Source of the DNA: a virus
Lineage: Duplodnaviria > Caudoviricetes
Virus record (IMG/VR): IMGVR_UViG_3300025875_000787
Location: 1 to 32,055 of that record
Reading direction: 5' to 3' (one strand)
Length of the DNA stretch: 32,055 bases
Shown here: piece by piece, positions 1 to 9,280 of the stretch
Layout: each line of letters begins with the position of its first letter
How positions within the stretch are numbered: the first letter of the stretch is position 1
Notes under the pieces: model-generated
Databases searched by the model: none
What the model was told of the DNA's origin: nothing
Seen by the model: only the letters and a program-made list of their open reading frames with translations
Program-made: the position numbers and the translations under genes

Positions 1-909
1 CTACGAGCCGAGAAGGAAGACCGACAGGTGTCGGCTGGCGATCGACCAGTTGCCGTCATTCGGCCCGACTCCGGCGACGAAGACCTGGAAGCGGACGTTG
101 TCACCACCGGCAAGCCGCGCGACGGTGGCTCCCGACACGTTGTCGTCGCCGTAGCCGTTGGCCCGGAATCTCTCATTCTGCGACCCTTCGATGATCAGGT
201 CCCAGAAGTGCCGTCCCGGCGGGACGGTGGTGAGTCCCCCACCCCAGGCGAGGGCGTAGACACCGCCGAGGCCGTAGGGGATGTGCACCTGGTTCTGAAT
301 GCCCGGCTGCAGGTAGTGGTCGGGGTCGCCGCCGATCACGTTGATGTCACCGAAGGCCGTGGGTGACAACGTGTTCGGCGGGATGGGGGTCGACTGATCC
401 GCGTAGAGCTCCACTCCGTGGGGACCGGCCCCGCCCCGCCGGACCGCCCGCATCACGTTGTGGACGTCGGTGATCGTGTTGCCGCCGTTGCCGGGGACCT
501 GCCAGGACCACAGGGGCTCGTCGTTGGATGCGTCGAAGGTCGGATCGGTGGGGGTGGCGGCCGGGTTGCCGCGCAGCACGGTGAAGAAGGTTCTGCCGGG
601 GACTGCGCCCGGGCCGCTGCCGGAGGTCAGCTGCCGGCGGGCGACCAGCAGGTCGCGGCGCGGTGCGCTGGTCGTGGTGGCGGGGGAGATGTCAGTCCAC
701 TGCGTGTACCGGCGCAGGAATGAACCGTGGACCCGGACCATGCCGGGCGACAGTTGCGCGGTCCGCCCGTTGAACGTCAGGTTCAGGCCCTCGACGACGC
801 CGCTGGTGCGGTCGAGGTCGTACCAGGTGGCCTCGGTGAGGGGCTCGGCCGCGGAGTTGGCGACCTCGGTGTCGTACGGGCCGTAGCTGTTGCCCTGGGC
901 GTCGGTCAT
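1..909 (-). CDS. Minor tail protein, probable receptor-binding protein with a C-terminal C1q/TNF-like beta-sandwich head
   Basis: Follows the hub gene. N-terminal PGMVRVHG..PRRDLLVAR..EPLW motifs are typical of actinophage minor tail proteins, and the C-terminus (GGVYAL..LAGGDNVRFQVF..LSVFLL) looks C1q-like. Confidence 0.7.
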   Translation of the reverse strand: MTDAQGNSYGPYDTEVANSAAEPLTEATWYDLDRTSGVVEGLNLTFNGRTAQLSPGMVRVHGSFLRRYTQWTDISPATTTSAPRRDLLVARRQLTSGSGPGAVPGRTFFTVLRGNPAATPTDPTFDASNDEPLWSWQVPGNGGNTITDVHNVMRAVRRGGAGPHGVELYADQSTPIPPNTLSPTAFGDINVIGGDPDHYLQPGIQNQVHIPYGLGGVYALAWGGGLTTVPPGRHFWDLIIEGSQNERFRANGYGDDNVSGATVARLAGGDNVRFQVFVAGVGPNDGNWSIASRHLSVFLLGS

Positions 910-2121
910 CTAGAGGCTCCTCTGCAGCTGGGTCACCTGGGCGTTGAGGGCGGCGATCCGCTTCAGCGAGGGCAGGACGACGCCGGTCGAGGCGCCTTCG
1001 GTGCCGACGGCGGCGGTGACCTGGTCGACGTCGCCGGTGAGCTTGAAGGCGACTTCGCGCACCAGGTCGTCGAAGGTGGCGATCGGTTCGTACCGGCGTC
1101 CGGTGGCGGAGTCGGTGCCGGCCGGTCCGGCTTGGACGGTGGCCAGGGTGTTGACGCCGAAGTCGGAGCCGTAGCGGGTACCGGGGGTGTCCAGGCAGAT
1201 GCACCGGTAGGAGACACCTGCGACGCCACCGTCCACAGCTTCCTGGGCGGCCTTGTCCAGCTCGTCCCACTGGTCGGTGTCCCGGCGGTCGATGTAGACC
1301 TCGGGCAGGACGCCGAACGCCTGGGTGAACTCGTCGGCGGTGACGGCCACCCGCTGCATCCGCATGACGCCCTCACCCTTGCCTGCGGCCACCGCGAGTC
1401 CCACGGTGCCGGCGTCCTCGATGTACTCCTGGTCGTCGAGGTTGCCCAGCCCTGCCCCGAACACGACCCTCGTGTCGCCCGTGGTCCGGTCGTCGGCGGC
1501 CAGCACATCGAAGGTGAGGCCGATGTCGGTCTGGTGGAACACCGGCAGCAGCCGGCTACCGGTGGCTTCGGCTGCCGCCGCGAGGCGACGCAGCTCGTCC
1601 TGCAGGGTCCCGTAGCGCAGCGTCGTGAAGTTCACGATCGGGCCGCGGCCCTGGTCGGCTCCCATCACCAACGCCGGGACCCGCCTGCCAGGCAGGGCCA
1701 GGGGGCCGGCGTTCTCCGCGACCAGGGCGTGCATCAGCGTCTCGACCGCGCCGGTTCGCTGCCATGTGGGGTAGGTCGACTGCTGGTCGAAGGGGCGGCT
1801 GGGATCCGGTGCGCACAGCCGGTACTGGCCGATGACGTCGTCGGTGACCCCTTCCAAGGCGATCACGCCCAGCGGGGTCTCTTGGTCCCCGTTGCGCCAG
1901 GAGCGGCGGGTCCAGACGCCGGAGCACACCGTCTGGCCGTCGCGGCGGATGATCAGGCCCGCCCCGGCGGTGAGCCGGGCGGCCCGGTCGGGGGTGTACG
2001 GGGTCTCCACGACGTACTTGCCGGTCGTGATCCGGCGGATGACGGCATCGGCCTTGCTCGAGGGGATCCCGCCGGACGCCTCGGCGTACTGGTCTCGGGT
2101 GAACAGCGACCACTCGGCCAT
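910..2121 (-). CDS. Minor tail/baseplate hub protein (siphovirus Gp37-like)
   Basis: 403 aa, directly after Dit. Motifs AGKGEGVMR, EVYIDRRD, YGSDFGV; coiled-coil C-terminus. Confidence 0.8.
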   Translation of the reverse strand: MAEWSLFTRDQYAEASGGIPSSKADAVIRRITTGKYVVETPYTPDRAARLTAGAGLIIRRDGQTVCSGVWTRRSWRNGDQETPLGVIALEGVTDDVIGQYRLCAPDPSRPFDQQSTYPTWQRTGAVETLMHALVAENAGPLALPGRRVPALVMGADQGRGPIVNFTTLRYGTLQDELRRLAAAAEATGSRLLPVFHQTDIGLTFDVLAADDRTTGDTRVVFGAGLGNLDDQEYIEDAGTVGLAVAAGKGEGVMRMQRVAVTADEFTQAFGVLPEVYIDRRDTDQWDELDKAAQEAVDGGVAGVSYRCICLDTPGTRYGSDFGVNTLATVQAGPAGTDSATGRRYEPIATFDDLVREVAFKLTGDVDQVTAAVGTEGASTGVVLPSLKRIAALNAQVTQLQRSL

Positions 2122-3008
2122 CAGACAGCCATCGCCAGCGGGTCGTAGGTCAGCGAGATCGAGGAGCTGTCGGAGGACCCGTCGACGCGCACCTCGATGT
2201 CGTTGATCCCGGGCAGCAGCGGCCCCATCTCCCAGCCGCCGGCCGGGCCGTTGACGATCGCGCTGAAGAAGCTGTTGCCGTAGCCGTCGCGGATGGACTG
2301 CTCACCGACCTCGGTGGTCACGGTCAGCACCGATCCGGGCCCCGATGACGGCAGCTCGACGTCCACGACGACCTCCCAGCCAGCGGTGTAGTTGTGGATG
2401 AACAGCCCGGTACCGGGCCCGTGGACGACCCACGGGGGCCGGACCTCGACATCGCCGGGGACGACCAGGTCCCGGCGGCCGCCGACCACCGACGCGGCGG
2501 GTGACCGTCCCAGTAGGGGGAACCAGTTGCGGCCGGCGGGGAAGTCCAGCGACCACGACTCCGGCACCGTCGGGAGGTGCCAGTAGGGCCGGCTCGCGCG
2601 GATCTTCACCGCGAACAGCTCCGACCGGTCGTTGCCGGTGGACTCGTCGCCTTCCAGGCCCCCGACGTAGACACCCTCGACCCATTCGCGGGCGCCGGTG
2701 TCCTCTACGTAGGTCACTCGCAGGGGCCGCAGGTGGTTGCTGCGTCCGGCGATGCGCTGCAGCCGGCGGCGGCGTTGGATGAACTCGGTACGGGTGGCCG
2801 CGTACACGTCCAGCGGGATGGTGATGTCCCGGGGCCCGACCCGGGTGCCGACGGGGTCGCTCCCGTGCCCGTCGACCCGATCTCGCTCGAGCAGGGCACG
2901 AGGTGGCAGGCCCAGGCCCAGCGGGCCGGACTGGACGCCGTAGCCGGCCGCCCAGTCCAGCACGAGCGGCGGAGTGCCGTCCTGCGGGTCGATGATCAGC
3001 TCGGGCAT
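2121..3008 (-). CDS. Distal tail protein (Dit)
   Basis: True start is ATG 3008 (MPELIIDP), overlapping the TMP stop. Motifs GLGLPP, PRDITIPL, PYW, GDVEVRP, LLPGIN. Confidence 0.8.
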   Translation of the reverse strand: MPELIIDPQDGTPPLVLDWAAGYGVQSGPLGLGLPPRALLERDRVDGHGSDPVGTRVGPRDITIPLDVYAATRTEFIQRRRRLQRIAGRSNHLRPLRVTYVEDTGAREWVEGVYVGGLEGDESTGNDRSELFAVKIRASRPYWHLPTVPESWSLDFPAGRNWFPLLGRSPAASVVGGRRDLVVPGDVEVRPPWVVHGPGTGLFIHNYTAGWEVVVDVELPSSGPGSVLTVTTEVGEQSIRDGYGNSFFSAIVNGPAGGWEMGPLLPGINDIEVRVDGSSDSSSISLTYDPLAMAV

Positions 3009-6000
3009 CAGTTCAGGGCCTCCGACAGAATCTCGGACTCCCGCTGCATCCGCGCCAGCTGGTCCACCGTGGGCAGGGACGGCGCGGCGTTCAGCGTGTT
3101 CTGGATGTTGGTGACCCGGCCGGGGCCGGTGCTGAGCTGCTGCACCGGCGTCCCGCCGAGCAGGCCGCCCTGGGCCATGGCGGCGACCAGCCGCAGCCCG
3201 TGGGCGTGGGCGGCGTCCTCGAGCAGCGCCAAGGTGTTGGGCGCCTTCTCGGGGATGTACCACTCGCGGCCGCGGGCCCGGTCGCCGACGACCCGCCAGG
3301 TGTTGGCCGGAACGCGGGCGGCCCAGTTGCCGCGCATCGGAGTGAGGGGGTGGACGTCGGCGGAAGAGCCGAAGGTGCCGCCGTTGGCGAAGAAGCTCAG
3401 CCGGCCACCGTTGGCCAGCCCAGACCGGCCGCTGCCCGAGGCGGCACCGTTGAGGTCTGGCATGACGGCGCGGACCTGGATGGTGGCCACGCGCTGCTGG
3501 TTGATGAACGACCGGATGGTCGCGTCGGCGCTGCTGGTCTCGGCGGTGACGCTGACGGTCCCGTCGGGCAGGGTCTGCACCTTGTAGCCGAGGCTGTCCA
3601 GCCGGGCGGCGGCGTCGGCGGTCAAGGCCGAGGTGATGACGGTCTTGGAGTCGGGAACGGCCAGCACCTTGCCGCGCAGGATGTCCGCGGCGTACTGCGC
3701 GGTGTCCATGCCCGGCTGGGTGATCGCTGTGACGACGTCGCCGGGGACCAGCCCGTAGGAGTTGGCCAGGGCGACCGCCTCGTCGTGGTTGAGGCCGGCG
3801 GCCTCGGCGGCGGCGATGAAGGAGTCACGGGCCCGCTGGGCGGCGGCACCGGCGGCGTCCGACCCGGCGGCGACGTCGCCGTTGGCTGCGGCGGCGTCGT
3901 AGGCGGCCTGGGCCTGGGTGCGCATGGAGTCTGCGGCGCCGATCGCCGCAGCCTGCACGTCCCGGGCGGCCTTGGAGGTCAGGTCGCCGGCGAGGGCGGC
4001 TCGGGCGCCGGAGAGGCCGACGTTGTTCTGGTTCTCGTCGACGGCGGCCAGCGCCTCGGTGACTCCGGACAGGGACTCCTGCAGGTCGGCCTCGGCGACC
4101 TTGAGGTCGACGCTGTTGCCGGCCAGCTCGTCGAGGATGCGGATGAGCGCCTCACCTTGTTCGACGGCGGTGGCTCCCTCGGCGTTGTAGTCGGCCAGCG
4201 CCTGCTCCAGGCCGCTGGTGGCGTCGGCGGCGGCCCCGGTGCTGCTGGTGGTGATGCCCAGCGCCTCGTTCTGCTCGTCGAGTGCGGCGCGGGCGACGTC
4301 GACGTCGCCGGCCATGCCGAGGATCTCGTCGGCGGCGTCGGAGGCTGCCTGGCCCTGCGCGTTGAGCAGCGTCGTGCTGAAGCCGGACTCGTCGCTGGTG
4401 TACTGGTCGCGGTTGGCTTCGGCGTAGGCGCGCAGCTTGGTGATGACCCGGTCGAGGGCCTCGTCGTTGCCGTTGATCGCCGAGGTGACCTCGGTGATGG
4501 AGACGCCGGCGGATTTGGCGGTGGTGAACAGTCCCTCGTCCTGCGCCTCCTTGGCGCGGCTGAGGCGGAGGTTGTCGGTCAGCTCCCCGTTGTTCTCCCG
4601 CAGGGCGTCGGTGAGGTTGTCGACGTTGGCCTTGTGCTGGGCCTCGGCGGCGGCCGCCTTCTGGTTGGCCGAGACGAGCAGGCCGACGCCCACGGCGGCC
4701 GCGGCCAGGGCGATGCCCCAGGGACCGCCGAGGGCTCCGACCAGGCCGCCGATGCCGACCCGGGCGGCGGTGCCGGCGGCCAGGGTCATGGCGCTCAGTC
4801 GGCCGGTGAACCCGGTTGCGCCGGCGGAGGCGGTCACGTACCGGTCGCGGATCTGGTCCAGTCCGCTGGCGACGCCGCCGATGATGCCGCCCTGCGACAT
4901 GAGGGCGCCCAGGCCGGCCTGGACGCGGGTGGTGCTGCCGACCAGCTCGTCGCCGGCGCGGGTGGTCGCGGCCAGTCGCTGCTCGAGGGTGCCGTAGGCG
5001 GCTCCGGCGTAGCCGGCTTCGCGGGTCTGCGCCTGGAAGAGGACCTGCTGCAGGGCCATCTCCTCGCGGAAGCCGCGGACCCCGTCGCGGACACCGCCGA
5101 GCATGGTCCGCACGCGGTCGCCGCCGAGCTGCCAGGCGATGAGGGCGGCGACGACGGCCTGCAGCGGGCCGGGGAGGTCGCGGACGAAGCTGAGTACGGA
5201 CAGGCCGGTGGACAGCAGCGGGCCCAGTACGGCGAAGAGCACCTGGCCGGCGGCTGAGACCAGGTCGATGCCGGATCCGGCGAGCTCGGCGGCCTTGGGC
5301 AGGTTGTCGCGCAGGAAGTCGGCCAGCGGCTCAGCGCCGTCGGCCAGGGCGAGCACGATGGTGTCCTTGAAGGTGGACAGCACGCCGGTGAGGGTCTGGG
5401 CCTGCTTGGCCATCGACCCGCCGTACTCCTGCTCCATCTGGTCGCGGAGCTTGGGCAGGACGTCGGCGGTGAGGAGCTGGCCGCTGGCGGCCAGGTCCTG
5501 CACCGCGGCGGTGGGCACGCCGAGGGCTCGACCGAGCAGTGGGTAGATGGGGATGCCCGCCTCGGCCATCTGCAGCAGCTCTTCGCCCTGCAGCTTGCCC
5601 TTGGCCATCGCCTGGCTGGTGGCGGTGAGCACGCGCTGGAACTGCTCCTGCGACAGCCCCAGCGCCCCGCTGGCGTCCCCGAAGGCGGTGAGGGTGGGCA
5701 CGATGTCCTCGGCCGCTACCCCGACGCCCAGCAGCTGCCTGGAGGCGTCGATCAAACCGGGCAGCTCGAAGGGGGTGGCCCGGGCGAAGGTCTTGAGCTG
5801 GGCGATGAACTTCTGGGCGTCCCGGCCGGAGCCGAGCAGGCTGGTGAAGCCGACCTCGGCGACCTCGAGGTTGGCCGCGGTCTTCAGTCCCTGTCCGAGG
5901 CCGGCCAGGGCGCCGACCATGCCCAGCTTGATGGCCTTGCCCGCGGTGTCGCCGACGCCGCGGCCGCTGCCCTCGACCTGCCCGCCGGCGGACTCGACCT

Positions 6001-6070
6001 CGCGGCGGAGCTCGGCGGGGAAGGTGCGCATGTCCGGCTTGACGGCGATGAGGAGGGTGCCACCGGCCAC
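3008..6070 (-). CDS. Tape measure protein
   Basis: 1020 aa, Ala/Gly-rich. N-terminal FARATPFEL..KGKLQGEELLQ tape-measure domain, GGPWG motif, C-terminal FANGG..WYIP motif, and GGAGG RBS before GTG 6070. Confidence 0.95.
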   Translation of the reverse strand: MAGGTLLIAVKPDMRTFPAELRREVESAGGQVEGSGRGVGDTAGKAIKLGMVGALAGLGQGLKTAANLEVAEVGFTSLLGSGRDAQKFIAQLKTFARATPFELPGLIDASRQLLGVGVAAEDIVPTLTAFGDASGALGLSQEQFQRVLTATSQAMAKGKLQGEELLQMAEAGIPIYPLLGRALGVPTAAVQDLAASGQLLTADVLPKLRDQMEQEYGGSMAKQAQTLTGVLSTFKDTIVLALADGAEPLADFLRDNLPKAAELAGSGIDLVSAAGQVLFAVLGPLLSTGLSVLSFVRDLPGPLQAVVAALIAWQLGGDRVRTMLGGVRDGVRGFREEMALQQVLFQAQTREAGYAGAAYGTLEQRLAATTRAGDELVGSTTRVQAGLGALMSQGGIIGGVASGLDQIRDRYVTASAGATGFTGRLSAMTLAAGTAARVGIGGLVGALGGPWGIALAAAAVGVGLLVSANQKAAAAEAQHKANVDNLTDALRENNGELTDNLRLSRAKEAQDEGLFTTAKSAGVSITEVTSAINGNDEALDRVITKLRAYAEANRDQYTSDESGFSTTLLNAQGQAASDAADEILGMAGDVDVARAALDEQNEALGITTSSTGAAADATSGLEQALADYNAEGATAVEQGEALIRILDELAGNSVDLKVAEADLQESLSGVTEALAAVDENQNNVGLSGARAALAGDLTSKAARDVQAAAIGAADSMRTQAQAAYDAAAANGDVAAGSDAAGAAAQRARDSFIAAAEAAGLNHDEAVALANSYGLVPGDVVTAITQPGMDTAQYAADILRGKVLAVPDSKTVITSALTADAAARLDSLGYKVQTLPDGTVSVTAETSSADATIRSFINQQRVATIQVRAVMPDLNGAASGSGRSGLANGGRLSFFANGGTFGSSADVHPLTPMRGNWAARVPANTWRVVGDRARGREWYIPEKAPNTLALLEDAAHAHGLRLVAAMAQGGLLGGTPVQQLSTGPGRVTNIQNTLNAAPSLPTVDQLARMQRESEILSEALN

Positions 6071-6096
6071 GCGTGTGCACCTCCTCGAGGTCGTCG

Positions 6097-6579
6097 TCAG
6101 ATCAGGGCGGCGAGCTCCTCGATGCGGAGCTTGCGAAGGCCTCGGCGGTCCTGTCCCGAGCCCCGGTCGGCGGGGCCCTTGGCGGAGGCGGTGTAGTTGG
6201 CCACGGCGAGCTCGTGGAGCCCAGCTGGCCGGACGCCGTAGGGCGCCACGGGAGGGTGCGCAGGCGGGCGGGCGACCTGGCGCTTGACCTTCTTCGGGTC
6301 GGCTGTCCAGCGGTCCCAGAGGAACTGCAGCTCGGAGCGGTCGCCGTCGACGAGGCGGGCGATGTTCTCGTCGGTCGGCGTCCAGTCGGCGAGCTCACCC
6401 AGCTGTGCCCGGCCCAGCGCGGAGGCCGGCGGTAGGCCGGCGATGAGGTCGCGGACCTCGGGCAGCGGGTATCCGCCGCCGCCGGCGACGTGGCGCAGGC
6501 GCAGCTGGTAGCGGTGGGCGAAGTCGGAGACGAGGGCGCCCCAGTAGTCCCGCAGGACGACTAGGACGCCGCGGATTCC
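6097..6579 (-). CDS. Tail assembly chaperone, C-terminal -1 frameshifted part (gpGT-like)
   Basis: Open frame absent from the ORF track (GIRGVLVVLRDYWGALVSDFAHRYQLRL...IEELAALI*), with no early start codon. It is entered by -1 slip at GGGGGAA (6576-6582). Confidence 0.85.
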   Translation of the reverse strand, partial: GIRGVLVVLRDYWGALVSDFAHRYQLRLRHVAGGGGYPLPEVRDLIAGLPPASALGRAQLGELADWTPTDENIARLVDGDRSELQFLWDRWTADPKKVKRQVARPPAHPPVAPYGVRPAGLHELAVANYTASAKGPADRGSGQDRRGLRKLRIEELAALI

Positions 6580-7043
6580 CCCAGGTCGGCCCCAGTCATC
6601 TTCATCAGCAGCGCGTTCCAGAAGGCGGTCTCGGCGGCCGGGTCGACCGGCAGCCGCAGGCTGCCGAGCAGGTCGGGCAGCTCCTCGCGGTCGACTAGGA
6701 GGATCCGCAGGGCCTCGCTCTGGGCGTTGCCGCGCAGCGCGATGAGCAGCTGGGCGCTCTCGGGAACGTCCAGGGTGCGGCGCATCAGGAACCGTCGGCC
6801 ACCGACGGTCAGTGCTCTGGGCTGGTCGACGCCCAGCGCGCGCAGCGCCTCGTCGGCGTCGAAGCCGTCGCCGGCGAGGACCTCGGCCAGCGCCGCGGCG
6901 TAGAGGTCCGGCGGCGGCCCGTCGTCGTCGGGTGTCGGGCTGGGCGTGCGCCCGGGCTGGTCGGCAGCGGCCTGCTGACCAGCCCGGGCGGCCTTGCGCG
7001 GCATACGCTTCGCGGGCGCCTTCTTCGCGGGAGTGGCCGTCAT
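6561..7043 (-). CDS. Tail assembly chaperone (gpG-like)
   Basis: ATG 7043 (MTATPAKK), located between major tail and TMP. Ends LGESAAS over the slippery site. Confidence 0.85.
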   Translation of the reverse strand: MTATPAKKAPAKRMPRKAARAGQQAAADQPGRTPSPTPDDDGPPPDLYAAALAEVLAGDGFDADEALRALGVDQPRALTVGGRRFLMRRTLDVPESAQLLIALRGNAQSEALRILLVDREELPDLLGSLRLPVDPAAETAFWNALLMKMTGADLGESAAS

Positions 7044-7057
7044 CTGCGTAGGTGCGC

Positions 7058-7660
7058 TCAGCCGGCGACGACGGTCGGGTCGAAGTTCTGCCAGGCGGCC
7101 GGCACCAGGACCGGGTGCTCGAGGACGAGCAGCTCGAAGTCGTAGCCGACGAGGTTCTCGCCGTCGTACACCTCCTGCGGGTCGCTGTCGAGCTCGACGA
7201 CCGGCCAGTACTTGCGCAGGTGCTTCAGGCCGTCGCGGATGTCCATGGCGAAGGCGAACTTCTCGCCGTCGCCGGTGGGGTTGGTGCTGTGCTTGAAGAT
7301 TCCGGTCGGGGTCGTGCCGGACGCCGGCGGCACCGGCACCAGGCCGCCGCCGCGGTGGCGGGTCTTCAGGGTGGCCGCGGACTCCTCCACCGCCCGGAAG
7401 CTGATCTTCAGGGTCTCGGCGCCGTTGATGACCCGGTAGACGCCGCGCTTGTTCCAGATGCTCTTGGGCGTCCGTTCCCGGGTGGGGGCCAGCGTCAGGC
7501 CGGCCTCGATGCCGCCGTAGGGGTCCCACAGGTCGCCGGCGTCGCCGGTGCCGATGGGGTCGAGGGCCTCGAGGTCGGCGATGGTCGTGCCCACGGGGGC
7601 GCGGAAGCCGTCGCCGTCGAGGGCGACGAACGACTGGTCGGCGTCGACATGGATGGACAC
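7058..7660 (-). CDS. Major tail tube protein
   Basis: 200 aa with GDGFRAPVGT and WDPYGGIEAG motifs typical of actinophage tail tube proteins. GGAGG RBS present. Confidence 0.85.
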   Translation of the reverse strand: MSIHVDADQSFVALDGDGFRAPVGTTIADLEALDPIGTGDAGDLWDPYGGIEAGLTLAPTRERTPKSIWNKRGVYRVINGAETLKISFRAVEESAATLKTRHRGGGLVPVPPASGTTPTGIFKHSTNPTGDGEKFAFAMDIRDGLKHLRKYWPVVELDSDPQEVYDGENLVGYDFELLVLEHPVLVPAAWQNFDPTVVAG

Positions 7661-7705
7661 GGGGCAGCCTCCGGCTGTGATGTGACGGGTGGGTGGGTGG
7701 TGCGG

Positions 7706-7723
7706 CCCCGGCAGCTGCCGGGG
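7706..7723. terminator. Perfect 18-bp palindrome (hairpin) between tail terminator and major tail genes
   Basis: CCCCGGCAGCTGCCGGGG in an intergenic position; could be a terminator or an mRNA-stabilising stem. Confidence 0.4.
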
Positions 7724-7732
7724 GGCTTTGCG

Positions 7733-8206
7733 TCAGTCGCCCAGGAGCAGGCGCGCGTGGGTGGTGACCTCGAAGCGGATCGCGGCGCGGTGGATGGCCA
7801 CGCTGCGGGTGGTGTCGGCTGGCAGCTGCAGCGGCCCGTCGGAGCGGTCCATGGCGGCGGTCCAGGCCGCGGATCCGCCGGCGCCGGTCCAGATGACGTT
7901 GCGCGCATCGGTGAGTTCGGCCGCCGCCGCGGCGCACGCCTGCCAGGCGAGCGTCTCGGGGTCCTCGCCGTTGGGTCCGGCGGCCCCGGCGCGGCCCTCG
8001 ACCTGGGCGAAGAGCCGGTAGATGCCGGCCCGGGCCCGCAGCGCGGTGTTGCCCGGGAGCTGGACCACGAGGTGCGCGGGGCCGGCGTCGGCCGGGGTGC
8101 GGGTGACCACCCGCTGGTCGACCAGCGCGGCGCAGCGCGGGCGTCCGAGCAGGTAGGCGCGGATCGCACCAACCATCGGCGGTAGGACCGGAGCTGCGCT
8201 GCTCAT
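7733..8206 (-). CDS. Tail terminator/tail completion protein
   Basis: Lies just before the major tail gene; AIRAYL..RVVTRTP..AQVEG pattern. Confidence 0.7.
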   Translation of the reverse strand: MSSAAPVLPPMVGAIRAYLLGRPRCAALVDQRVVTRTPADAGPAHLVVQLPGNTALRARAGIYRLFAQVEGRAGAAGPNGEDPETLAWQACAAAAAELTDARNVIWTGAGGSAAWTAAMDRSDGPLQLPADTTRSVAIHRAAIRFEVTTHARLLLGD

Positions 8207-8493
8207 CGGCCGCGGTAGGTGCCGCGCCGGCGGGCGGCGTTGGTGAGGTCGGCGTGGGCGGGGGTGTCGACGGTCCCGTACTCCTTGTACTTCGAGTTCG
8301 GGTCGTCGTCGACCATCACGACGGTGCCGCTGCCGTAGCGGCGGGCGTGCATCCCGCCGGCGTAGGCGCCGCTGACGACCGGGGCGAGTGCTGCCGCTTC
8401 GGCGACTCCGGCCAGCGCCAGGTCGTAGCGGTCGCTGACCGTGGCCAGCTGGACCTCCTTGTCCAGGTGGGGGTCCGGGACGAACGAGGCCAC
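8203..8493 (-). CDS. HK97 gp10-like tail completion protein
   Basis: GTG 8493 (VASFVPDP), 96 aa, with APVVSGAY and KEYGT motifs. Confidence 0.75.
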   Translation of the reverse strand: MASFVPDPHLDKEVQLATVSDRYDLALAGVAEAAALAPVVSGAYAGGMHARRYGSGTVVMVDDDPNSKYKEYGTVDTPAHADLTNAARRRGTYRGR

Positions 8494-8504
8494 GGGGGGC
8501 CGCC

Positions 8505-8906
8505 TCAGCCGGCGGCGGACGCCGCGGCCGCGGCCGTGTCGGCCAGGGCGCCCTCGGCCGGGCCGGTGACCTCCGCCCCGGACGTGTCCGGCACCGACTC
8601 GCTGTCCTGGTGGACGGCCAGTCGGGCGCGCTTGTCGTCGGCGCGACCGGTCAGCGGCAGGCCGGCGGCCTTCAGCGCCGCGTCCAGGGCGGCGCCCTTG
8701 AGCTCGCCGTTGCTGGCCGCCGGGGGGTACGCCGCGGTGGCCGCGGTCGGCTGGGCGGCCACCTCCTGGATGCCGTAGGCCGGGGCCACGGCGCGGACCT
8801 TGGCGATCGCCGCGGCGTCGACGTCGGGGATGACGAGCTCGCCGTCGACGAACCGGCCGGCGCCGTTGACCTTGAGGTTGGGGAAGTGCGTGCTGCGGAA
8901 CTTCAC
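8505..8906 (-). CDS. Virion-associated hypothetical protein with a SAP/HeH-like motif
   Basis: GTG 8906 overlaps the upstream stop. LKGAALDAALKAAGLPLTGRADDKRARL resembles SAP/LEM motifs. Confidence 0.6.
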   Translation of the reverse strand: MKFRSTHFPNLKVNGAGRFVDGELVIPDVDAAAIAKVRAVAPAYGIQEVAAQPTAATAAYPPAASNGELKGAALDAALKAAGLPLTGRADDKRARLAVHQDSESVPDTSGAEVTGPAEGALADTAAAAASAAG

Positions 8907-9280
8907 GGTGACTCCTGGATGTCGGAGATGAACAGCAGACGGGCCTGGATGTGCGAGGTGCGGCGGGTGAGCAGGGAGCTGGCGACGTCGGGTCGGCCCT
9001 CGACCCGGTACAGCGCGGTGCCGTCCAGGACCTGCGAGCGGCTGGTGAGCTGCACCGGGCGTCCGTCGGTGTCGGTGACGGCGAAGGCCCAGTTCTCCAC
9101 CGCGGTGGTCTGCCCGTCGGTGGCGTCCTCGGTGGAGGCGATCGCCTCCCCACGGAGGGCCTGGACCGTGACCGACGAGCCGTCCGGCCACACCTCCCGC
9201 GGGTTGCCGGTGGTCTCGTCGGTGTCGACCAGCGGGGTGCGGATGGACACCTGGCGGTCCCAGCGGATCGGGGGCGGCAT
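8903..9280 (-). CDS. Head-to-tail stopper (head closure protein)
   Basis: ATG 9280 (MPPPIRWD), with D..GNP and YRVEGRP motifs; follows the adaptor gene. Confidence 0.75.
   Translation of the reverse strand: MPPPIRWDRQVSIRTPLVDTDETTGNPREVWPDGSSVTVQALRGEAIASTEDATDGQTTAVENWAFAVTDTDGRPVQLTSRSQVLDGTALYRVEGRPDVASSLLTRRTSHIQARLLFISDIQESP

Noticed and set aside
1-909. DGR target in the receptor-binding gene
   Set aside because: No reverse transcriptase or template-repeat copy is seen in the window.
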